Virus record (IMG/VR): IMGVR_UViG_3300005537_000002
Location: 113,638 to 177,637 of that record
Origin: a virus
DNA: 64,000 bases
Direction: 5' to 3' (one strand)
Shown: in pieces, positions 55,473-64,000 of the stretch
How the letters are laid out: every line of letters starts with the position of its first letter
How positions within the stretch are numbered: position 1 is the first letter of the stretch
Notes under the pieces: model-generated
The model's input: the letters and a program-made list of their open reading frames with translations, nothing else
The model's database searches: none
What the model was told of the DNA's origin: nothing
Program-made: the position numbers and the translations under genes

Positions 55473-56183
55473 TTAGTCTTCCCAAACGTGTTTAGCGTAG
55501 CGAAGACCCTCTTTCATAAAGAGGATAGCTTCCTGCAAGTCGTATTCAGCAGCGTTGTGGTCTTTTTGGAATATGGTGATGTCTGTTCGATATGGCGTCG
55601 GATGCCCAACAGGCATTCCTGGCCATCGGCCGTGTTTATTTGGGTAGTGTACTGGACTTTCGTCCCAAATGGCGTAGCTACCGTTGCTGTATTGCATGAT
55701 GTAAGCTTTCGAGACGTACTCTCCGTACCTCTGTATAGCAAGTACATTGTTGTATGTACTTCTTACGGTCGCTTCGTTCGCAAGTGGAGGAAGTTGTATA
55801 AGACGACGCACACTTAACGGAGTAACTAGTTCAATAGGTACGAGGTCTATGAGTTTCATGCACCTATACATGAGTCTCATAAGAGAGCCTTCTACAGGCG
55901 TGTCTGGAAAGCTACTGCTGAACGAGTATTCGTAGCCCCCTGGAAAGTCACTTTCTGTGTGAGGGTCGTGAGCACTCGGTACAAGAATATGGATAGATCC
56001 ATAGTCATCGAAGAGTGCTGTACGAAACGTACCCGATAGGAAGTTACAGAACGTCTGCTTGTGAGTAGCGTACGTGTCACTCACACTATCTGAGTTGTCT
56101 GACCAATCACGCATAGTTGCTGGGTAACTTGGGTAGTTTGGGTGGACTGGTGCCCGGAAGTCTTCAACAAATTGTTCTGTCAA
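55473..56183 (-). CDS. Hypothetical protein
   Basis: 236-aa ORF with its own promoter and a GAAGGAG RBS. Confidence 0.75.
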   Translation of the reverse strand: MTEQFVEDFRAPVHPNYPSYPATMRDWSDNSDSVSDTYATHKQTFCNFLSGTFRTALFDDYGSIHILVPSAHDPHTESDFPGGYEYSFSSSFPDTPVEGSLMRLMYRCMKLIDLVPIELVTPLSVRRLIQLPPLANEATVRSTYNNVLAIQRYGEYVSKAYIMQYSNGSYAIWDESPVHYPNKHGRWPGMPVGHPTPYRTDITIFQKDHNAAEYDLQEAILFMKEGLRYAKHVWED

Positions 56184-56229
56184 GGTTTTCTCCTTCGGCT
56201 GGTGAGACTATACTAACTTTATATAATAT

Positions 56230-56259
56230 ATTATAATATAAACGTGCGGTTGAAATCAA
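56230..56259 (-). promoter_or_regulatory. sigma70-type promoter
   Basis: Minus-strand TTGATT-18-TATAAT. Confidence 0.75.
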
Positions 56260-56282
56260 GAGGACTGTACGCATTCCCCCAC

Positions 56283-56311
56283 TTGATTTTTCTGTCGATG
56301 TCCATTATACT
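56283..56311 (+). promoter_or_regulatory. Promoter upstream of terL
   Basis: TTGATT-17-TATACT. Confidence 0.65.
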
Positions 56312-56395
56312 TATTAACAGACAGATGAGTATGTTCGCCCACTGATAGCGACGACTTAGGGACACGTTAGTGTCCATTTTACATGTTTAGGGTGT

Positions 56396-57757
56396 TTGAT
56401 GGCTCCGACTAAGTCACTGACAGTAGAACTGTATACCCCTCACGAAGGTCAAAAGCTCCTACACAACTGTGCTTCACGTTTCCGGGTTATGAGTTGTGGT
56501 AGACGTTTCGGTAAGACGATGGCGTGTACGAATGAGGTTGCTAAGTTTGCGTTAGAGCACAGTGACACGCTGTCTATGTGGGTTGCTCCCGTGTATAGAC
56601 AGACTCAAATCGCCTTTCGCTTGATGTCGAAGGCGCTCAAGCAAGTATTAGCTGCAGACCCGAACAAGACTGAGTTGAGACTGGAGCTTATTAACGGTAG
56701 CACAGTTGAGTTTAGGTCTACCGAGCGGTTTGACCATTTACGCGGTGAGGGTATACACTTTCTGGTGATTGACGAAGCTGCTAGAGTAGCACAGGAAGCT
56801 TGGGAAGCCGCCTTACGTCCAGCCCTTTCTGACACTAACGGGAGGGCTATCTTTATTAGCACCCCGTTAGGTCGGAATTGGTTCTATCGAATGTTCTTAC
56901 GAGGGCAAGACTCGAGTCAGGATCAGTATAGGTCGTTTACATTCCCAACCTCTGCTAACCCCTATGTACGGAAGGACGACATTGAAGAGGCTAGACTTGC
57001 GCTTCCACAGGATGTATTCCGGCAAGAGTACTTAGCGGAGTTCCTAGAAGAGTCTGCGGGTGTCTTCCGTAACGTCGATGACTGTGTGCAAGGTGAGTTG
57101 GAGGAACCCAAGTTCGGTCACTCGTATATACTCGGTTGGGATCCAGCGAAGTATGCAGACTTCTCTGTTATGACAGTAGTCGACGTCGAGGAGCAGAAGG
57201 TCGTAGCGTTTGATCGTTCGAATGGTGTGGAATACAGAGCACAGCTAGACCGACTGGTTGATCTAGCGTATCGATATAACGGTGCGTTCGTCGTAATGGA
57301 CTGTACCGGAGTAGGTGATCCTCTACTAGAACAGGTTCGAGAACGTAATCTGCAGGTTGAGGGCTTTCTGTTTACGTCGACTAGTAAGTCACAGTTGGTG
57401 GAGAACCTGATTGTGAAGCTCGAGAAGGCGCAAATAACGTTCCCGGACATTCCTATACTCATTAACGAACTAAAGTCGTTTGAACACCGCTATACGCCCT
57501 CTCGATATTTGCAATACAGTGCTCCTGAAGGTATGACAGACGACTGTGTGATGTCACTGGCATTAGCCGCTTGGAGATTAGTGACGAGCGTGCAGACCAT
57601 ACCTCTCGCCGTGTCGTATAGTGTGCCTGTACCAGTTGTAGTGAGAAGTATTCCGAGTGTGGTAGAGACTGACGACGAGGAAGTAAACCGGAGACAGTTG
57701 CAGGCGAGTAGATTTCTGAGAGAAGTGTTTACGAATGTACAGCGTCAGTTGATGTAG
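56396..57757 (+). CDS. terL: Terminase large subunit
   Basis: Walker A CGRRFGKT, Walker B LVIDEAA, motif III ISTPLG, nuclease LGWDPAK..DDCVMSLALA. Confidence 0.97.
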   Translation: MMAPTKSLTVELYTPHEGQKLLHNCASRFRVMSCGRRFGKTMACTNEVAKFALEHSDTLSMWVAPVYRQTQIAFRLMSKALKQVLAADPNKTELRLELINGSTVEFRSTERFDHLRGEGIHFLVIDEAARVAQEAWEAALRPALSDTNGRAIFISTPLGRNWFYRMFLRGQDSSQDQYRSFTFPTSANPYVRKDDIEEARLALPQDVFRQEYLAEFLEESAGVFRNVDDCVQGELEEPKFGHSYILGWDPAKYADFSVMTVVDVEEQKVVAFDRSNGVEYRAQLDRLVDLAYRYNGAFVVMDCTGVGDPLLEQVRERNLQVEGFLFTSTSKSQLVENLIVKLEKAQITFPDIPILINELKSFEHRYTPSRYLQYSAPEGMTDDCVMSLALAAWRLVTSVQTIPLAVSYSVPVPVVVRSIPSVVETDDEEVNRRQLQASRFLREVFTNVQRQLM

Positions 57758-57781
57758 ACCAACTGACGCTGTACTTGAGTG

Positions 57782-58030
57782 CTAACCCCCTACGATACGT
57801 GGGATCATTGTGATGTGGTCAGCAGTCCGATCGAAGTGCTTGATGACTTTACGCTGGTCGCCGTAAGTGGCGATAGCTAAGTACTGTGTCGTCTGCTGCT
57901 TCTCAGCGAAGATGCGTACTGCTTCCTGGACTGCTGCGATTTGATCTTCGACAAGCGTAGCAGCCTCCGAGACTGTCGGGTAGTCGTAGGTTGTATCGCC
58001 TGTACGGTCAAGGATTCTGAGTTTACCCAC
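57782..58030 (-). CDS. Small di-glycine-ending ubiquitin-like (beta-grasp candidate) protein 2
   Basis: 82 aa, GTG start after GGAAGG; ends FDRTADHITMIPRIVGG-stop. Confidence 0.65.
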   Translation of the reverse strand: MGKLRILDRTGDTTYDYPTVSEAATLVEDQIAAVQEAVRIFAEKQQTTQYLAIATYGDQRKVIKHFDRTADHITMIPRIVGG

Positions 58031-58079
58031 TTGGGTACCTTCCTTTCGTTGTAGAGAAAGTATTTCTTCCTCTATTTAT

Positions 58080-58109
58080 ATTATAAAGTATTTACATATC
58101 GTTTTACAA
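58080..58109 (-). promoter_or_regulatory. Promoter of Ubl-like gene 2
   Basis: Minus-strand TTGTAA-18-TATAAT. Confidence 0.75.
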
Positions 58110-58114
58110 GAGGG

Positions 58115-59008
58115 CTATTCCTCTCTAAGTAGTTGCAGGGCTCTACGCTGTAAGTAGTCCGTATGGTAGTATCTATTGCCTGTACTTAAGAATGTAGCTT
58201 CGTCAGCCCATAGTAGTAGTATCAGTGAGAGAATCTGGTCAGCGATAGGGAGTTCAGTTACCTTGCCCGACGTTTGGATACAGACTTGGTCTACCTGTAT
58301 GTCACGTTCGTAAATGTACGTGTTGATGTGGTGGTCCTTGCGGGATCTCACTGCGTTTACTGCGACTTGTAGTGCAGTTGTGTTCATAGCAAACTCTCTA
58401 TCCGCCGTGAGTGGGTCCGATTCTGGGCCTCTCCAGGTAGGGTAGTAGTATTGACTAGTTACTCCAGTGAAGACGTAGACTCTACTAGGTACATTAACGC
58501 TACGGACGGGAACACAACCTAGTTGTACGTAGCACTGCCACTGTGCTTCCGTAAGGTGTGAACGTAGCGTGTTTTCAGCTCGCTCGACGACTTCAGCTTC
58601 AGCTTTGTAACGTCGTTCGTATGCGTCTCGACGCTCTTCGGCTTCTCTCGCCATAGCGTCTCGGCGCGCTTGTGAGTATCGTTCTAGTTCGTTCTCAAGC
58701 GCTTCCTCATCGTCCTGGATCTGAGTAACCCACCAAAGAGCGACTTCTTTAGGTACCAGCGTTCGAAAGTGGTCGTAGTCTCCGTGTAGAGACTCTATTC
58801 TTCTACCGCCGTGTCTAGCGATATTAAGTGCAGCTGTCTCAAGCTTAATACGGTAGTGTTCTCCCTGATGTACTTGAGAATCTAGCTCGATGTACTTGTT
58901 AGCACATGCTTGAGCCCATGGAACGTTGCCAAGGCGGAGCTTTAAGGCCTTAGAGGCAGCAAATCCTCTACGTACTCTGTCTGCTAATGAGGTTGAGGTA
59001 TCCGGCAC
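58115..59008 (-). CDS. Ubl-associated protein: coiled coil plus a C-terminal Cys-containing domain (putative E2-like)
   Basis: The ORF itself is clear; QVCIQ...PIADQILSLILLL loosely resembles the E2 active-site Cys and following helix (functional call is inference). Confidence 0.4.
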   Translation of the reverse strand: MPDTSTSLADRVRRGFAASKALKLRLGNVPWAQACANKYIELDSQVHQGEHYRIKLETAALNIARHGGRRIESLHGDYDHFRTLVPKEVALWWVTQIQDDEEALENELERYSQARRDAMAREAEERRDAYERRYKAEAEVVERAENTLRSHLTEAQWQCYVQLGCVPVRSVNVPSRVYVFTGVTSQYYYPTWRGPESDPLTADREFAMNTTALQVAVNAVRSRKDHHINTYIYERDIQVDQVCIQTSGKVTELPIADQILSLILLLWADEATFLSTGNRYYHTDYLQRRALQLLREE

Positions 59009-59046
59009 GAGCGTATCCTTTCCTGGTAAAAGTATTTACTAATTAT

Positions 59047-59076
59047 ATTATAATATAAACTCTCGGTTGAAATCAA
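59047..59076 (-). promoter_or_regulatory. Promoter of the antisense cassette
   Basis: Minus-strand TTGATT-18-TATAAT, overlapping the portal 5' region. Confidence 0.75.
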
Positions 59077-59084
59077 GAGGGTGT

Positions 59085-60797
59085 ATGACGAAGAAACGTC
59101 GCAAACAGCTTACTCCCGTTCCTAGAGGGTCCGAGAAAGCTTATAGACAGCTAGTTCAACTAGTAGAGGCTCCCGAACTCGATGTGCAACGAGTGCAGCA
59201 ACTGTTAGTATCGAACCCGGTGCTGCTAAAGGTACTGGACGGTGTAAGGAATCGAGAGTTAGCAAGACAGGAAGCGTTGACTAGACCAGATATAGCGTTA
59301 GCATCCCCGACTCAGGACTTTCCGAGAGGTGGTGAGTCAGGATTTCCAGCTGCTTGGACTGGTGCTAGGAACTATCCTATCGGAGTTAGTAACGCTAGGG
59401 TACTACGTCAGTTAGCAGATACCGACCCATGGGTTAGAGCAGCTATTACCGTACGTAGACAGCAGATTGGTCGAGCGGATATAGCCGTAGTACCACTGAA
59501 CGAGCGTAAACCCTATAGTCGTACTGTTATGAAGAAGGTACAGCACCTCTTAGATCAGCCGAATGAGTATAGGGACAGTTACCGGTCACTCATTGAGCCT
59601 GTGCTAGAAGACGTGCTCGTGTTGGACCGTGGTGTTATTACCAAGAACATGACGATTATGCGCCAGCCAGTCGGTTTGTACTACGAGGACGGAGCTACGA
59701 TTAAGATCTACCCACAATGGTCAGGAGACCCGAACGAACCTAGATATTTGTATGAAGACGACGTTGGTAGAGTGAAGAAACCCCTCCGTAATGACGAGTG
59801 CATCGTCATAATGGCCAACCCCGCGTCGTACCGATACGGATTGTCGCCGGTGCAAGTGTTGTATGAGACCATTCAAGCGGACTTGAAAGCGTCTACAGCG
59901 GCTATGCACATGGTAGATATGAAACCACCACCTCACGCTGTGCAAGTACCCGGTGCTACGGAAGCACAGATCACTCGCTTGCGGATGATGTACGACACTG
60001 AGATTGCTGGCCGTAAGGAAGTGTTCTGGTTCGGTGGTAATAACCCTGCGAATCACTTTCCGCTGATATTCTCCGCTAAAGACAATCAGTGGCTCGAGTG
60101 GCAGGTGTATATTGTCCGTAAAATGTCCGCAGTCTTTCAACTCTCACCTCAGCAGTTAGGAGTGACATTCGATATTAACAAGGCAAACGCTGAGGTTCAG
60201 CAGGAGATTTTTGAGGATACCGGTTTAATTCCCCTATTATTACTGCTCGAAGAGTTCCTCAATCGAGAGTTACTAGCAGACTATGCACAGCAACTGCCGA
60301 ACGACCGTTCTAATTTAGCAGCTCTTAACCTTCGTATCGTGTATCCAGAAGTAAGTGAAGCCGCTCGACAGTTACACGCTGAACGTGCTGTAAACCTAGC
60401 TGCGAAGGGTATGGCGGGTCTGCCTTCTATGACCCTGAATCAGGTACTGGCGATGCGTGGTGAGGAACCCGTAGCTGGAGGAGACGCATTCTACGTCAAT
60501 ACGACTGCTGGACCACTAAAGTGGCTGTCATACGGAACGGGTTATCTAGGTGGAGACTATGGTCCACGTTCAGGCTCTGGTGTTATCGGTGCTCAAGATC
60601 CTGCTAGTGGAACTAGTGAGGACGCTGACTCACCTTCTACTACACCTGCCGACGATGATCCGACTTCTTCTGGACCCCCACCAGTGTTAGGCGAGTTAGG
60701 TCAACCGGTTGAGTCGGTACAAGTCGGCAGTAAGTCATTTGCTTATACACGTAGTCGGCCGCCAGGTAAGCGCTGGACTAGTAGATATACAGATTAA
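59085..60797 (+). CDS. Portal protein (HK97-like)
   Basis: WVRAAITVRRQQI, LLDQPN, YRYGLSPV, SAVFQLSPQQLG..NKANAE motifs; position between terL and the protease. Confidence 0.92.
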   Translation: MTKKRRKQLTPVPRGSEKAYRQLVQLVEAPELDVQRVQQLLVSNPVLLKVLDGVRNRELARQEALTRPDIALASPTQDFPRGGESGFPAAWTGARNYPIGVSNARVLRQLADTDPWVRAAITVRRQQIGRADIAVVPLNERKPYSRTVMKKVQHLLDQPNEYRDSYRSLIEPVLEDVLVLDRGVITKNMTIMRQPVGLYYEDGATIKIYPQWSGDPNEPRYLYEDDVGRVKKPLRNDECIVIMANPASYRYGLSPVQVLYETIQADLKASTAAMHMVDMKPPPHAVQVPGATEAQITRLRMMYDTEIAGRKEVFWFGGNNPANHFPLIFSAKDNQWLEWQVYIVRKMSAVFQLSPQQLGVTFDINKANAEVQQEIFEDTGLIPLLLLLEEFLNRELLADYAQQLPNDRSNLAALNLRIVYPEVSEAARQLHAERAVNLAAKGMAGLPSMTLNQVLAMRGEEPVAGGDAFYVNTTAGPLKWLSYGTGYLGGDYGPRSGSGVIGAQDPASGTSEDADSPSTTPADDDPTSSGPPPVLGELGQPVESVQVGSKSFAYTRSRPPGKRWTSRYTD

Positions 60798-60812
60798 AAG
60801 GAGTAATACAAT

Positions 60813-61082
60813 ATGTATCACAACGGAGACCATTCGGTTCTCGAGCTGGGTAATGACATTTACGAAGTGAAAGCTGTCGAGTTACAGACAGCAGAAGATG
60901 GGACAGTTACAGCACAGATTACAGCGACTCTAGTCCCGGGTAAGGACTATTCGCAAATGACACGTGTGCATAATACTGATGGCGTCACCCATCAGTATCA
61001 TCATGTGACTGCGACGACTGCAGTTAAACCGACTGTGCCAAAGCCAACTATCGTTCAGAAGCCCGCGAGTAGCACTAAGTAG
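60813..61082 (+). CDS. Hypothetical head-region protein
   Basis: AAAGGAG RBS; lies between portal and protease. Confidence 0.7.
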   Translation: MYHNGDHSVLELGNDIYEVKAVELQTAEDGTVTAQITATLVPGKDYSQMTRVHNTDGVTHQYHHVTATTAVKPTVPKPTIVQKPASSTK

Positions 61083-61090
61083 AGGAATGT

Positions 61091-64000
61091 ATGACAACGA
61101 TCGAGCCTGCACAAATGGACAGCAAGGTCGGTGGTCTGTCTCCAGACTTCGTCATCTATACTGCTTCGATGGAACCCCTGCTTACGCAGGATGCTGTCCA
61201 TGGAGGTATAGAGCCTATAGTACATATGGTAGGCTCGAGTACAGTACGAGACCTAGAAGAGGACTCTATGCAGATGTCAGCACTAGCTGACATGATGCAA
61301 GTGCGTCCTAAGTTGTCGATTTGGCTGAATCACGACTACGCTCTTCCGGATTCGCTGTTTGGTAGTTTAGTAGATAGACCGGAGCTGTTTACAGCGAATG
61401 GTATAGCTGACCTACATCTCAATGTTGGTGTAGAGATGGACAACCCAAACGCTGCTAGGACCTACAAGTACATTCGAAACGGGAGACAGTTCGGTTGTAG
61501 CGTAGGTTGTATGGTAAAGGATTGGGAAGCTGCCGACGACGACGATTACGGCGGACCGATTAATATCTTACACGTGGAGGTCGTCGAGTTCTCAGTCGTC
61601 GGTATCCCTGCTAACCAGCGGTGTTGGGTTGAGAACGCGATTAAGGGTATATTCTCTCGCTCATTAAGAGAAGGCGTACTTAGTGACGCTGAGAAACTAG
61701 CTCCTGTTATGCGGGGCTTGTTTCCTAGAGACTACGAGAGTGCAATTGGACGTACCTTTACAGACGGTGACTTAAGGAAGCACTTTAACAGTATTAAAGC
61801 TCGCCCTTCTAATAAGCGCGTGTTATGGTCTCCAACTAAAAAGATGTTTGTACTGTCTCACAACGGTAAATTGGAGGAGATTACTCCCGCTCAAGTACCT
61901 ACTGTGCTTGCGACTGAGACTAAGAAGTACTCACCAGATGTTAAAGTGGTGTTGGACGGTGAGTCAATCGCTGCTATGGTGTCTAAGGAGCTTGCAGGTG
62001 ATGTAATTATTACACCGACGACTAGGTTCGAGGTTACGGAAAAGGGTAGAGCGTTCTTTAAGACACTAGAACTAGTACAGTCTGAAGAGGAAGTCGATGC
62101 CCTTATCGAGTCCGAACTGTTTCCGGATGAGGCTAAGGCTGCTAGTGGCAAGACGAGTTGGCCTCTAGCAGATAGAGGGGCAGGTTGGGATGGAAGTGGC
62201 GCTAGACATAGACTAGTCGAGTGGGCCGGTGGTAAAGACAGCATGTCGTCAGCTAAGATGAAACAGTGCTTCTTCTGGTACGATGCTTCTACTCCCGATA
62301 ACATTGGTTCGTATAAGCTACCTTTCTGTGACGTGGTAGGTGGCAGCGTGAAGGCGATACCGAAGGGTATCTTTGCTGCAGCCGCCGCAGTACAGGGAGC
62401 ACGTGGTGGTGTGAGTATACCTAGTGGGGATGTAGGTGCTGTCAGATCTAGGATTGCTGCCTACTACCACCGAATGTCTTCAGCATTCAATGACCCTGAT
62501 ATTACACCACCATGGGAAGGTGGTAAGGAGGTACAACCCGACGTGCTACAGACAACGCACATCGATCCTGACCTTATCAAGACTGATAACCGCGGTATGT
62601 CGATTGACTCAGATGGCTCGCACGAACCATTTAAGGGTTCTCATACGCACGCTCATCCGTCTTTCGGTCAGAAGAGTATAGATTCAGACCTACACGCTCA
62701 CGAGCATGAGCACGACAACGACTTCAATCACGCTCATCCGCACGTAGACTTTCCTACCAATCCGGAGGATGGTAAAGCCCCCTCGCCGCAGATAGCTCCG
62801 ACTGGAGGAGCTCAAACAGGACCTGCCGGTCCAGCTACGCCAGCAGTTACGCCAGGTTACTCTCCTACACCAGCAAAGACTCCTTCTGACAGTGGACAGA
62901 CTGGACCTACTTATAATCCTCCGGGTCCAACAGACGTTGGTGCCGATCCAGACGGTGCTTCAGCTATGCAAAGTCAACCAGTAAGTGCAAGTACGCAGGC
63001 AGAAGTGACCAAGGGTAAGGTGGAGGTTTCGAGAGACGGTACTCACGCGGTAATGAGTGGGACTCATACTCATATACATAAGGCGTTTGGGTCTCAAGGT
63101 GAAGATGAGACGCATACACACACTCACTCACACGATGACGATGCCGGACATAAGCACAGCCATAGCGGAGATAAGAGTCTACAAGTAGCGCACGATGCTA
63201 TGCTTGCAACCTATAACCAACTCGGTGCCGCTCTTGGCTTTAGTGCCGTTGATGCTACTAAAGCTATTGCTACGAAGGATATGGATTGGTCAGCACTTGC
63301 GACTGCTATTACCACGATCGACGCCCACATCGATGCAGCTGATGGTGCTATAGACTCGTTAATGGCCGTACTAGGTATTCCAGACTATGATAACGGTGAC
63401 GATGATGACGGAGATAGCGGGGAACTAATTCGATCTGTTGCTAGACGTCGGTTACAGAGAGAGTTGGCTTCTTCTACAGACGGTGCTATTACTAGGTCGT
63501 TGCCAGAACTGCCGGATGCGTCACATATGGCAATGGCACACGTTATGCACAAGTGCCTGTCGTTTATGTCGGGTGGTAAGACATGTGCAGTTGGCGGTAT
63601 TCCAGGTTCGGACGCGAATCCAATACCAGAGACTCATATGCCTCTAGCTCACGTCATACATCATGCGTTACAGCATATGACTGGTGGCAAAGTGTGCAGT
63701 GTAGGTAGCCCTACTGTATCCAATATGGAGCCTACTCAACCGGATATGGGTTCTGGCGTAAGTGGAGGCACTTACAATAGTACAGAACCCGTTGGTGGTT
63801 ATCCCAACGCTTCGGCGAGTGCTCCAGTGGATACAAAGTCACTAGCAGCTGTGCTAGGCCTTAGTAACGTGAGTCTATCGCCTTCTATCGATAAACTGAC
63901 GAGAGCTTTAGATGGTATCAACGTAAAAGGGTTGCAGAGTAGCGTGCAAGAAGCTCAACAGACTCTAGCGAGTATACAGTTAGAGGTCGCTGAACTTCAG
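61091..64000 (+). CDS. Prohead protease (HK97/S78-type) fusion, >=970 aa, truncated by the window
   Basis: Translated by hand and open to the window end; WLNHD (His), GCSVG (Ser), EFSVVGIPAN; then WPLAD..YKLPF..QGARGG domain, His-rich repeats and a Pro/Gly linker. Confidence 0.9.
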   Translation, partial: MTTIEPAQMDSKVGGLSPDFVIYTASMEPLLTQDAVHGGIEPIVHMVGSSTVRDLEEDSMQMSALADMMQVRPKLSIWLNHDYALPDSLFGSLVDRPELFTANGIADLHLNVGVEMDNPNAARTYKYIRNGRQFGCSVGCMVKDWEAADDDDYGGPINILHVEVVEFSVVGIPANQRCWVENAIKGIFSRSLREGVLSDAEKLAPVMRGLFPRDYESAIGRTFTDGDLRKHFNSIKARPSNKRVLWSPTKKMFVLSHNGKLEEITPAQVPTVLATETKKYSPDVKVVLDGESIAAMVSKELAGDVIITPTTRFEVTEKGRAFFKTLELVQSEEEVDALIESELFPDEAKAASGKTSWPLADRGAGWDGSGARHRLVEWAGGKDSMSSAKMKQCFFWYDASTPDNIGSYKLPFCDVVGGSVKAIPKGIFAAAAAVQGARGGVSIPSGDVGAVRSRIAAYYHRMSSAFNDPDITPPWEGGKEVQPDVLQTTHIDPDLIKTDNRGMSIDSDGSHEPFKGSHTHAHPSFGQKSIDSDLHAHEHEHDNDFNHAHPHVDFPTNPEDGKAPSPQIAPTGGAQTGPAGPATPAVTPGYSPTPAKTPSDSGQTGPTYNPPGPTDVGADPDGASAMQSQPVSASTQAEVTKGKVEVSRDGTHAVMSGTHTHIHKAFGSQGEDETHTHTHSHDDDAGHKHSHSGDKSLQVAHDAMLATYNQLGAALGFSAVDATKAIATKDMDWSALATAITTIDAHIDAADGAIDSLMAVLGIPDYDNGDDDDGDSGELIRSVARRRLQRELASSTDGAITRSLPELPDASHMAMAHVMHKCLSFMSGGKTCAVGGIPGSDANPIPETHMPLAHVIHHALQHMTGGKVCSVGSPTVSNMEPTQPDMGSGVSGGTYNSTEPVGGYPNASASAPVDTKSLAAVLGLSNVSLSPSIDKLTRALDGINVKGLQSSVQEAQQTLASIQLEVAELQ

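Noticed and set aside
2731-59076. Recurrent AT-rich repeats read as a CRISPR array or mobile-element ends
   Set aside because: They are kilobases apart, precede genes and fit -35/-10 spacing; there is no repeat-spacer periodicity and no cas or transposase gene
56396-60797. Intein or intron in terL or portal
   Set aside because: Both are uninterrupted and of ordinary length, with no splicing or homing-endonuclease motifs seen
61087-63647. Track ORFs 61087-61290, 61891-62304, 62436-62681 and 63438-63647
   Set aside because: All are off-frame or antisense to the continuous protease ORF starting at 61091

Overview
64-kb slice of a large tailed dsDNA phage genome; no integrase, rRNA or CRISPR array was seen. 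(1) 1-38.4 kb: about 90 short, tightly tiled plus-strand genes, nearly all hypothetical, in about 10 transcription units. Nine of these begin with a near-identical sigma70-type promoter cassette, and many genes fall into tandem or dispersed paralogue families (early/host-takeover style). (2) 38.4-41.7 kb: a cis-element-rich hinge with 7x CCGTAG, four G5 tracts, ~22-bp phased A-tracts, the one promoter I found with a canonical TTGACA box, and two identical parS-like 16-mers. This is a candidate genome end or origin. (3) 41.7-50 kb: DNA-metabolism and regulatory genes (endonuclease V-like, RuvC-like, PD-(D/E)XK nuclease, wHTH). (4) 50-64 kb: RinA-like activator, TerS, a tRNA/structured-RNA array, TerL, portal, and a >=970-aa prohead-protease fusion that runs off the window and is missing from the ORF track. 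Top leads: two di-glycine-ending ubiquitin-like proteins, one paired with a Cys-containing putative E2-like protein in an antisense cassette between terL and portal; host-type parS sites; and several non-canonical tRNAs. All family assignments come from motif recognition by eye; no database searches were run.
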